Positions 52,410 to 64,000 of a stretch of DNA of 64,000 nucleotides are shown here, piece after piece. Each line of letters opens with the position of its first letter. The first letter of the stretch is position 1. Source of the DNA: Chrysomallon squamiferum (lineage: Eukaryota > Animalia > Mollusca); assembly GCA_012295275.1 (NCBI GenBank), contig CM022672.1:20460001-20524000 (forward strand), in the 5' to 3' direction. The translations under genes were made by a program, and so were the position numbers. The notes beneath the pieces are model-generated. The model ran no database searches. It had not been told where the DNA came from and saw only the letters and a program-made list of their open reading frames with translations.

Positions 52410-53779
52410 CTACAAAAGAAATACCAGTAACAGAAAGAAATTAAAAGTTTAAAAGTGATGTACAATCACAAATGTATGATTGTATGCATGTTTCTATGTA
52501 TCCACATATGTCAGTATGTATATGTGTATGTATTGCATTCTATTGTACTGCATTGTACTGTATGTTCATATCTACAATAGAAACACCAGTAACGGAAATA
52601 AAATAAAAGTCTTAAAATAATATACTCACAAAATTGTATGCATATACGTCTGTATATCAGTATGTATGTATTTTAGGATTTGAATATTTTCTGTCTAACG
52701 TACGTCAGATTAGAATATGTCAGATTAGTAGACAATATTCGGGAACGCACTGACTAAGGAGGAAACGTCAAGTCTCGACCTCACAAACCACGAGACTCGA
52801 ATCTATGATAGCCATTCGCCTGCACCCCGAAGGCGGACACATATATATCTATGTATAGCAGTTTATTGTATTGAATGTGAGTATGAATATGTGTCTGTTT
52901 ATATATAAGTTTGCAATTGTTATACTGTTTGCATTGTGTTGTGTTGTATTGTATTGTAGTATGTATGTGTGTGTTTGTTTTGTGTGTAAATATATGTGTA
53001 GATTTGAATGATAACTGTAGATATGTTTGAACTGTAGATATGCTAGTCGCCATTTATCATTTTTTTTCATAGCCTGAAATCATACTTACATTTCAAATAC
53101 TTTCTTTCTCACAATATTACGGTTAAATGTTAACATTCAACAAGACATAATTTTTGAATATATAATTTTACAACAGTCTGATTACATTTTAATCAATGTA
53201 AATATTGTATAACATCTTTACCTGTGCGACTTTCGTGTTGCACGTATACTTCCTTGTTTCGAATGACAAATTGTTGTTATATCATTGTGTATTCCCAGTT
53301 ACCAATATATGCAAATTAACAAGGTCAGTTATGCGGTGAAACTGTAAAATGTTGTTGTTGTTCTTCTTTTTCTTGTTTCTATGCTGCATATGTCAACGAA
53401 TAAACTCTAAGTTTGATACAAATATTTGCGAAGAGTGTATGTTAATATCAGCTATATGAAAGATCGATTAGATAAAAAAGAAAAGTGTTCCAGAATGTTA
53501 TTCTAATTAATTTATTCAGTGAAGAATATCACTGTTACTAGAAGTTTTACAAATTATAACGGAATTCTTACAAAGTTGGATAAGCTATATCACGTTTCTA
53601 GAGTTAAATATTTTTATTCGTATATGTTAGTTGATGGAATAAATATACATCTTATGTTTTAATTTTAAGGCATAATTGCATTTTGTAAAACGTTTTTCTT
53701 TTTTGTTTCAATCTCATATAATTTAATATAAAGCAAACAAAAAGATATGCTAATATATAACGTTATTTATATTATATCA

Positions 53780-54195
53780 TCCGATGGTTCTGCTGGAGAA
53801 AGTTGAGGATGTTTGTGCCGACACAATTGACGACAGTCCTCAGGATGAAAAGCTAACATTACTAATGGACTACGTCACACCTGGATAGAAGGGCCATGGA
53901 CTCCAGAAATATGGAACCATTTTGGCAATGACAGTCACAGGACAAATAACCACTTGAAAGGATGGCACCATAAAATCAATCAAATCTATAAGAGTCATCC
54001 GAACATATTTGAGGCTGTAGGTCTATTGAAACGTGAGCAGTCTACAGTGGAAGTCAAACTACAGCAGTTAGATGGTCACTGGCGAGCTCCGGCACGAAAA
54101 CGAAAATATCGAGCTGTCGATGCCAGAATCCGGTCTCTGAAAGACGAGTAGATCAGCCACAACATGACAGACATGGAGTACACTGACCACGTCAT
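53780..54195 (+). mobile_element. MULE-family transposase remnant
   Basis: RTNNHLKGWHHKINQIYKSHPNIFEAV; duplicate of 33240-33665. Confidence 0.75.
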
Positions 54196-55447
54196 CGAGC
54201 TTTTGCATTTCAACAGAAAGCTACGAGAATCAACGGAAATATTATTTAAAATAAATCACCTTCATTTACTTTCCTTCTTCATTTTTTTTCAACATTTCAT
54301 TCTTTAATTCTTTCTTTATTTATTTGCTGTTTTGTTGGTTTATTTATTTATTTGTTTATTCTGTGGTTTGTTGTTCTCTCGTGTATACACTTCTCTTTGA
54401 AAATTTAATTTCATCTGCATCTTGTAATAGTTGTAGTCGTCGTTATTGTCATACTGTCATTCAAAATGAATCGTGAAAATGAATTATGGAAACAATTAAT
54501 GCATTACTGAAGTTTGAATTCAATAATTTGTTGTATTAACATATACAAATTAATAGACAGACACAGATCAGACAGAAAGAGATAGACAGACGACGTATGG
54601 ACACACATATTTACACCAGAGCCATTGTATATCGTTTTACAATTTTTTTTTTTTATATATATATATTTGTAATACCAACAACATAACCACTGAAACGACC
54701 TCTTAGTGCTAAGAACTGCACTGTGATACAGAATTAGTTCTTATCGTTTGACTGCACACTCCGACAACCAGGACATAGACAGATCCTAATTAGTACAGCG
54801 ACGTAGAATTCATTTTAGGACCATTTATACAAGTTTATCTATTATACGACAAATAATTACCTATGAATAGGTATTCAATCGTTCTTTTACAAAGTCATTC
54901 AGAGAAATTTCCTGTCAAATTGCCAGCTCGAGAAATGTTATTTTATGATATGTGGATAAAAATAATTTTACTGAATATACAAACAACGAAAGACTGTAAT
55001 ACAGCAAACTTATAACATTTATTAAAAGTCATACCAGAATCAATGACAGTCGTAACAATAATAATATTATCAACAAGAAATTAATATTTTAAAATTATAG
55101 AATTGATTGATTTATTTTTTAGCATTTTTTTACAAATGAAACATATGTACATTACTGTATTATAGTTGTGAATATTATGCAAGCATTTACATTTTACATT
55201 CAAACAAACAAAAAAATGTCATCAATAATCTGGCACTATCGGTATTCTGAATATCAGTATAAGGCAAAAGTACTGGGAAGAATGAAAGAAACTAGTAAAA
55301 CAACCAAAATTAATAACAGTGTATCATTTTGGAATTACTCAAATAGTGTAAGTCGTTTAAGAACTGAAATTATGCATTCGGATATTCTTTTTCAATTACG
55401 TGCTTCTCTGTTCAGTAGTGTTATCGTGTCTGTGTGTATGTGTTTTA

Positions 55448-55550
<103 letters not shown>

Positions 55551-55604
55551 GTTACCATACATTATTATGTTTCATTTTAAATAACACTAATAACATTTAT
55601 AATT

Positions 55605-56834
55605 CTATACGACGAAGGGGTCCACCAAATTATTTCTAACAGCCGAATACATTCCTATATGTTCAAAAACATTAGGCTGTACCATCAGCGCTACTAGTTT
55701 TTCTCGTTTACGAATTTCATCAAGAGCTGTATCTTTTGCGAATGAACTTTTGCACCGCATCTTGTCTAAATGATTAACTATCAATCTCCCGCCATTTCTT
55801 GTGTACAATATGGCCGGCGTACAACACGATGGAGCAGGGGTGACTTCGTAAAGATGTGCGGAAAGACGCCGGAGTTCAAGAAGATTCTGTCTTCCAACAG
55901 AAAGACCAACTAGGCAACAAAACAGCGTGCACGTCAGCCATACTATTTTGACTTTCTTCTGCTTCCACTCAACAATAAAATGCATATAAAACAGAAAAAG
56001 CATTGTTCCGAAAACGAGACTAACACCAATAAGTTCAGGTATGCGTTCAACTTCTAAACTAACGTATCCTAGCAAGCGACCAGGGTGATAAAATTTCACG
56101 TACGCCACATTCCGGTACCGTAAGTGAGACTCAGATGTTGCATGTCGCTTGTCGAGGTGTTTTCTGATAACGTGTTCAAGAACGGGTATCAGCTGCCTGT
56201 GTGGGTACGCATCGTCTTCAACAAGAAGCACGTACAATGGATTCAGCTTCAAAGTTTCATTTAAACAAAACACATAATCCTTCTTCTCCTTTTCAAAGAC
56301 ATCGCTCGGCGGTTTCGTGATTTTCGAATAGAGCTCAAACTTTGGAATGGCAATCGGCAAGGATTTAATTTCTTTGTGGCGGTCTGGATTGCTGTCAACG
56401 TTGCAAATGAAGAGGCCATATCTCTTTGTTGCCGCAGAGGAGTTCAATATGTGCAAGAAACGTCCAACCACCTGAGTCAGATAATCTGTTTCGTAATGTT
56501 GTTTCTGGTCGCGACGTCTCGAAACTGTGATGATGGTGATTCCAATGTCAAACTGTTGTAGTTTTAGTATTTTACTGTTGTTTAACCATTGTGACGTTCT
56601 GTTGTAGTCGGAGAGAAATTGCCTGTTTTCTGCGAGACGAATTTTGTTAATATTTATCAGTCGTGATTCTTCTCGTGTTTTATTAATCTGCCACATGGAG
56701 TAAACCGAGTATCTCATGCCAGTGCAGATCAGGGGTAAGATGATGCCGAACGTACACACAGAGACAAGTATCGTGTGTCTGAAAAGCTGATCTGCACATA
56801 TCCATCTAAAGCCGTTTTTCTTATTCAAGATCAT
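55605..56834 (-). CDS. PGAP4: PGAP4/TMEM246 GPI GalNAc transferase, 409 aa, single coding exon
   Basis: N-terminal TM, GITIITVSR, FEKEKKDYVFCL, YVLLVEDDA, YVKFYHP, two internal TMs, CCTPA, AKD and HIGMYS motifs; acceptor at ~56845 indicates an upstream exon. Confidence 0.92.
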   Translation of the reverse strand: MILNKKNGFRWICADQLFRHTILVSVCTFGIILPLICTGMRYSVYSMWQINKTREESRLININKIRLAENRQFLSDYNRTSQWLNNSKILKLQQFDIGITIITVSRRRDQKQHYETDYLTQVVGRFLHILNSSAATKRYGLFICNVDSNPDRHKEIKSLPIAIPKFELYSKITKPPSDVFEKEKKDYVFCLNETLKLNPLYVLLVEDDAYPHRQLIPVLEHVIRKHLDKRHATSESHLRYRNVAYVKFYHPGRLLGYVSLEVERIPELIGVSLVFGTMLFLFYMHFIVEWKQKKVKIVWLTCTLFCCLVGLSVGRQNLLELRRLSAHLYEVTPAPSCCTPAILYTRNGGRLIVNHLDKMRCKSSFAKDTALDEIRKREKLVALMVQPNVFEHIGMYSAVRNNLVDPFVV

Positions 56835-58832
56835 GATCCATCACCTGTAAATATATAAATGTAAAATCCAACAGCTGTACGATAATATTGCTTACATTTT
56901 TAAAAATATTTAGTCTTTATTTTCTAATTCTTTTTTAAAAAGAAGAAAATAATTAATTGATTAACACATAACAACAGCTGTAGCAGCAACACCGTAAGGA
57001 GAAAAACAAAAAGCAAAAACTTACCACGTTGCACTATATTACATACTTCACATGGAAATAATATACTTGTTTCACAGTCCCCTTTGTAACATAAGATTTA
57101 AACAGTCGGGTGTATTTTTGTAACATTTCATTTAGAACTGATATTATGAAGTAAAGTTTTATTGCTTTATTTATTTTATTGTTAATAGGCTATGTATTTG
57201 GTTATCTATTTATAATCAGGAAGAAAATAATATAAGGTAAAGTAAACTGTTTATGGTAACTAAAGTGATTCTGTTCGATTAAAAAGAAGTATTAAACAAA
57301 CAAACCAAAAATTATATGTAGTGCACTTTTCTTAACTCACAAATATAACTGCAAATTCTATTCATTCCTACTCTCAAGATGGTTTATTTAACTTTTTTTT
57401 CTGTCACCAATTTTAATACTTTCATAAAAATCACTTTCCAAATTCTTCATCTTTAACCTCCCCAAGTAACTTTTCTGTTTTACCGATATGTAGTATTTAT
57501 GTTATTAAGAAAGAAAACATTATACACGGTGGTTATTCATAATCCAAAATGGAAAATGATCAGTATCAAACGCTATATAATTTCCAACCTTTCAGTTCGA
57601 AGAACTCGGGAACACAGAGAAATCATTACTCTGAACATACAAATGTATGGGGTTACGTGTCGGCACCATTTTTAAAAGACACTACTTACGGATCATCGTG
57701 AATTTGTACAGCTTTAAAACTTGCCACAGCGTTGTTATAGATCTGTAGACTAGCACGGTAATCCCAGGGCCAATGTGTGACCCTCGGCTTTCAAAACTCG
57801 AGTGTTTCTTCCTCACTGACATAACTGATAATTCTATGAAGTGAGCATCCACACTTCCGCTCTCATCCGCGAAACACGTGAAAGAGAAAGCATGACGCTT
57901 GCGCAGTGATACCAACCTTCGAGCGACAGTTTTTGCCATGTGCCAGATATAATCGATCCATGTAAATGTTTCAAGTAACTGTATCTGATGGTTTCCAGGT
58001 CAGAGAAAAGACCCCAACTAGCATCGTACACGATTTGCGAGACATCTAGGCCATATAAATATAGAGTATGTTTAAAGATAAACAGAGATAAGCAGCAAAA
58101 CTGGTTACACGTCTTTTTGTTCCTGCAGCTAGTAAACTACCTGTTAAGTAATGTCAACTTGGTATCCAGCGTTTCAAGGGATTAATTAACTGAACTGGGG
58201 GTGCTACGTAACTGTTGTTTTATTGTGATGTAATGGATGATATAGTTATTAGAATTATATTATTATGATATAACTGATAATACAATTATCAGAACTATAA
58301 CATCATCACATAATTTTAATAATGATAACCTAACGTAATTCGTTCATACACACACGCGTTCATAAACTTTGCTGTATGTTGTCTAATATTCTACAGTGAA
58401 TGAAATAAGGACTTCATACACCTTTTTTTTGTTTGTTGTTAATATTCTTTTACAAGTAGTTGTAGTAGCAATAGTAGCTGTAGTAGAAGTATAGAGGTAG
58501 GAGTAGTAGTAGTAGCAGTAGAAGTAGTAACAATGATAGTAATGATAATGGTAGCAATAGTAATAGAAGTAATAGCAGTAGTAGCAGCAACAATTATTGT
58601 AGTAATAGTAGTATTATTATGCCATATTTTTATACCATATTAACACTTTCTGTACCCTATTACTACACTAGGTGTAGTAGGTGTAGTAATGATGATGGTG
58701 GTAAAGACATCATTCTTTAATTACGTGTATTAAACTGTGAAATCGGCGTAAAAGATCTAAAATGTCTGCCCGCATTTTTTGTTGTTTTTTAGTTTTGTTT
58801 TGTTTGTTTGTTTTATTAATATTTACTAGTTG

Positions 58833-58865
<33 letters not shown>

Positions 58866-59158
58866 AGTCACTCTTTTTAACTGAAAACATCCGTGTTTGG
58901 CTTGAGTAATGTGTTCACTGCTTATATAAAAAGCAAAACAAACAGCAGCAACAATAAATCTTTTCTTAAAGGTTAAGCACATGTCAAATGTAGCCAATGT
59001 CATTATACAGAATAAAAAAAAAATAAGAAAAAGAACACGAAGATGACGATGAAATAAATTAAAATAAAACGATAATAATAATAAAAATAAATATGTTTTA
59101 ATTTGACTTTATTTTAAACACCTCTGTAAAATGTATGTATGCATTTGTCTATATATGG

Positions 59159-59192
<34 letters not shown>

Positions 59193-59479
59193 CGCGCGCT
59201 CGTGTGTGTGTGTGTGTGTGGGGGGGAATGTGTGTGTAAAAAGATATACTTTTTAAATGTAAAGAGGTGTAGATTAATGGATAGACGCATGTATGGACAA
59301 ATAGACACGTGTGCATATGTTAACAATGTGAGATATTCAAGAAAAGCTGTCCTCTATTCACATTGAGAATAATCGATACCTATTAAAGAGGTTTACAGTT
59401 GTTCCTTACAAACTGTTACATTTACATCCATCCAGTGTGAACAATATCTTTTCACAAATGGAAAAATTGAAGGTATAGA

Positions 59480-59542
<63 letters not shown>

Positions 59543-59835
59543 TAATAATAATAATAATGAGGTGGATGATAACGATGATGACGGTGATGATGATAAAAAC
59601 AACAACTATAAAACAGACGTTCTACTGCTACTACTACTACTGATGCTGCTTCAACTGGTCTTAGCACTATCACTGCAATTACTATTACTTCTAGTAACAA
59701 TAATAATAATAATAATAACAAGGTTATTTATAATTGTAGTTTTAAGAGTAGCCGTAATGGTAGAAGTAAAGTAGAAGTAGTGGATGTAATAACAGGAGAA
59801 TAAGGAACAGCTGTAGAGGTAGTAGAAGCAGAAGC

Positions 59836-59872
<37 letters not shown>

Positions 59873-60960
59873 ATAGTAATATTGAGACTACTTACACTGA
59901 ACTCCGTGAGAGTTGTTCCAGAACATTTAACTCTATATTTTGTCAGCAGTGAATGTAATATTAATAAAAACACTCCACTTTTCTTCTTCTTCTTCTTTTT
60001 TTTTTTTTTTTTTTTTATATCACTGAAGCGTATCATAAATTATGACTTACCTGACGCAGTTATTTTAAAACATGCTATTTCTAGTCATGGTTGACGATTT
60101 GTTGTTTTTTTGTTGTTTTTTTGCTTGAGTTATTTTCTCTCTGGATCAGAGAAAATATTTCCAACATTTTTAAACTGTATCGTTGAACCTTGCAGTAGCC
60201 CATATTACAATAATTCATGCGGAACCATCTTCTGTTTCACTGCGTATTGTCGTCATGCCAACTTGTAATAAAACAAGAAATATGACGTTCAGATAAGACA
60301 TTTAGTCTATATCCTTTCACAAATGTCACAGGACTGTGTCTGATTCATAGTAGCAAAAAAAAAAAAAAAAAAAAAATTAAAAAATTAAAAAAATAATAAT
60401 AATAAATAAATAAATAAATAAATAAAATTTTAAAACGGCTTAGAATTAAAACTAAACTGTTATATTAAGGCACAGATACGAATGACCAATAACTTCTCAC
60501 AAATCTCCGACATACATTAATTTAGCCCCTTGAACCAACCAAGTAAATCGGCAGTAAAACCGCTTGAATAAATAATACGTGAATTTTTTATTTATTTTAA
60601 AATCAACAGCACGTTTGACATTACGTCGAATAAAATATTCTTATCATGAGTTTCGCAACACTAATTTATAAAAGAACGGTGATATCAAACAAAGCGTTAG
60701 TCCACAGTTATTTGCAGTGTTACTTAGAGAGAATTACAAATTACATTAGTGACGGAGCTATGTCGCATTTTAGCAGCTCGCTTATTTCGAAAAGGTATTT
60801 TTAAAATAGAGTTCATGTGATATTTATGTCCCTTAAAAACACGATTTTTATGAAAAAATAAAATAAATCTGCATTTATTGTGACTTATTTTCCAGATTAG
60901 TAGTGTCTCCAGTATGCTTTTGATGCCGCCATTATTATTATTAGTTTTTATTTATTTTAA

Positions 60961-61001
<41 letters not shown>

Positions 61002-61431
61002 TTGTTTTTTTAACTGTTGAGGAAATATGTCACGTTTCTCTTAAATTTTAATATCGCACTATCAGAGTCTCAAGGTTTCATTTTTTTTAATTTTTTTTTA
61101 TTATATTATTTTTCTCTAGGTCTCACATTTTTAGAGGCTTAGAAGAACTTATATATCTTATACAGATAGATCTGTATGTAGATATACACACAAGCACAGG
61201 CAATTAATTTTTTCAGTTCCTAATTATCATCAAACATGGTGCCTCCTTTCAACTAAATTTTAACTGTTTTTGTATATACTAAAGTATATAGAAGCTCTCC
61301 ATGAGTAGGGTCATATTTTATAAACATGAAAATAACAAAATAGCGGCATTTGTTTTGGGAGCTTTAAATTACAGTAGCTTTTGTCAAAATGATAGTAGTA
61401 AGCCTCAGTATAATGTTCGTTTGTTTTAGAG

Positions 61432-61589
61432 CAGTCATTGGCAACCTTTTTTCTAGAAGCGGGCCACATGAGACTTGGCTCATCCTCAGGCTGGCCGCAG
61501 GTACTAATTTAATTGTAGATTTTATTATTCCTTGTCAAATTAGGCGGGCCACTCAGAAAGTCGTGCGGGCCGCAGTTTGTCCATGACTG
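61432..61589. mobile_element. hAT-type MITE
   Basis: Imperfect TIRs cagtcattggcaa / ttgtccatgactg; TSD ttttagag / tttgagag; internal gcgggcc(a/g)c motifs. Confidence 0.7.
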
Positions 61590-62153
61590 TTTGAGAGGTA
61601 CTTTTCCTGCAACAGTGCTAAAATATAAAAATAATAATAGTTTATTCTACATACAAAATAATTGTTTATACTTTCTTAAAATAGACTGTGAATAGACTAT
61701 TAAGATGACTGAATATGTGACGAAAAGAGATTTTATTTTGCGCCTCCGTTTTGTACTCGCAATATAAATATTATTAAGTCAGGATTATTTTCCTATTTTT
61801 TCTTTATTCTGTTATATTTATAGCTCATTTAACACATATGAGTAAGGCCTACGTTAATTAAGTAATTTGAATTTGAATGATTCATTTAAGGTCTCCTAGA
61901 AAACTATAAACAGAATATAATAAAGTTTTTCCGCTAATCGATAAATGACTCGTAAAAGTATTAAATTGTTGAAAAAAGCTCTGAAAAGATTTTATCATTT
62001 GGATTCAAAACCATCGTCCATTACATGTTACTCTTATTCATCAGTGAAAACAAATATCAGATTTATAATTTTGTAGCATATTCTTTTTCCTTTAAACCGA
62101 ATCCAAATTATAATCTGTATTTATCTGGGACTAAAACAGTTGTGTAATCGTGA

Positions 62154-62215
62154 TCTCTCTCTCTCTCTCTCTCTCTCCCCATCTCTCCCCATCTCTCTCT
62201 CTCTCTCTCTCTCTC

Positions 62216-62305
<90 letters not shown>
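62154..62305. repeat. (CT)n microsatellite
   Basis: Direct reading. Confidence 0.95.
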
Positions 62306-62308
<3 letters not shown>

Positions 62309-63723
62309 ATTGTAATAGGTCTAACATGTAAAATAATGTTATGATAGATTTATAATTGTTGACTGAAAGGCAGGGACTTGCACAAATAAAGATAAACCTA
62401 AAACAGTCTTATAAAACCTTCAAATAAACAATTCATGTTGCCTCTACAGATTTGTACAATATTTTCCGTTTTAGCTTCATTTGTACTGGTTATGTTTAAA
62501 TGTCACATATGACGTCTGCAACAGGAAGAAAACTTAAAGATCGTAATCTTATTTCAATAGCTTGCTAGGATACTTTATTAAAGCTGTATTACCGAAATCA
62601 CATTTGGTAGACTGTAAAAGGCATTTTATGTGAAATACAGCACATACCATACATACATATATAGGTTTATATATGTGTTAAAATTTACTTGGATGATGAA
62701 TAAAACAAAATATCGGGTGAAGTATTATCTATACAGTGGAATGATGCTATTACTGTAAACTGCACAAATCTGTATTATGTACATCAATAATGCTACTACT
62801 ATTACTAAGAAGATGAAGAAGAAAAAGAAGAATACGTTGAATTTATGTTGTTTATAATTTAAGGTTTGCCAAAATCTGAAATAAAACATGAAGAAACTTT
62901 AGTTTTTAATCATACAGAAATAGTTGTTTGAAACGTTAAAAAATCTTTAGTTACCAAAATAAATTTTTCATCAAGGTCTAATTTGTGTAATTAGAAATAA
63001 TCTCAGGAATTTGTAGTGAAACGATTTTATAAAATTATCAACGACAAAGTTATGTGTTATCAATTTATTAAAAACAGCGGAAAGCAGCAGAAGTTCAACA
63101 AATAAAACTAACAAATAAACAATATAAAATAATAATTCAGATCAATTAAGCAACAATAACATATAAAATAACAATCTTGTTTCATAAGCAGTCTTCCTAA
63201 CAATGTCTGTAATGAACACATTCCAAGGACAGAATTTAATACACTAACTGACTATGACATATGAAAAATATAGTTGTCAATACAAATTTAAAAATGCAGA
63301 TAAATGCCTTTATTTACATGTACAATAAATATTTCAGTTTTAATTATAACAGAATTATAATGATAAAAGTATTCATGCTAAAATTCAAAAAATTTCATCA
63401 TCACCCATTTTCTACCAAAATGATAAAATAATAAAATGATAATTTTAACTCTACAGAAATACTGACTTAGTAAATTGTACCAAGAGTTCAAAATATCCCT
63501 TTAAAACGTGGGTACGTTCATTATAAAAGGTTGGGCACCATTAACATTTTTGCCATTTAAATTTAACCATATGTATACAAACCCATGCATACACACCATT
63601 TCCAAACATATCTAAATACTAATATTAAAATTTATTAATAACCAATCAAATATTTAGCAATATTAAAAAAAAAAAAAAAAAAAAAATTAATAAAAGTTAT
63701 AACAGGTTATGAATGGAATGCTT

Positions 63724-63904
63724 TTACTGAGTCTTCACTTTAGGGAGTTTCCACCCCATCTCTCTCATGAATGGTTTAATGGTTTTTAGAGAAATTGGAG
63801 GTAAGTAATTTTTAATATGTTTTCTTTTCCACCACTTCCCAGCTTTAGCTTGCTTGCTGCCAATCTTTGTGAACTTGTAGGAATAATGCTCCACCCTTAT
63901 GTAG
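63724..63904 (-). CDS. LMF1: Last exon of lipase maturation factor 1 (rest of gene beyond right edge)
   Basis: YIRVEHYSYKFTKIGSKQAKAGKWWKRKHIKNYLPPISL..PFMREMGW matches the LMF1 C-terminus as I recall it (EHYRYKF...GKWW.RK.I..Y.PP.SL...GW); tttcag acceptor. Confidence 0.85.
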
Positions 63905-64000
63905 CTGAAATTAAAACAAAATGCAAAAATAAAAAATAATGCACACACACACACACACCAACACTAACACACAGATACACCCACACAAACACAAACACAA

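Overview
AT-rich, microsatellite-dense, intron-containing eukaryotic DNA from an invertebrate animal (lophotrochozoan/mollusc-like by inference only). All genes I can support are on the minus strand. (1) 1-10940: a multi-exon gene running off the left edge. It encodes at least five 10-Cys Ly6/uPAR three-finger domains, each split over two exons by phase-1 introns and separated by long Asn/Gly/Lys/Arg/Trp-rich linkers. (2) About 12320-54460: a tandem array of six copies of a FAM111-like trypsin-fold serine protease gene. Splicing the small upstream exons by hand gives an N-terminus starting MGN- (myristoylation-type, with or without a Cys-Cys pair), then two RHIM-like motifs (IQLG, VQLG), each on its own symmetric exon. 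Copies 1 and 3 keep the His/Asp/Ser protease exons. Copy 2 is broken. Copies 4-6 have dead proteases but open MG-RHIM-RHIM exons. This is my best candidate for an undescribed system. (3) PGAP4/TMEM246 at 55605-56834. (4) The last exon of LMF1 at 63724-63904. Also present: MULE transposase remnants, hAT-type MITEs, tRNA-like SINE pieces, a Helitron-like insertion and many microsatellites. Exon boundaries were read by eye from GT/AG sites and reading phase, and no database searches were run.
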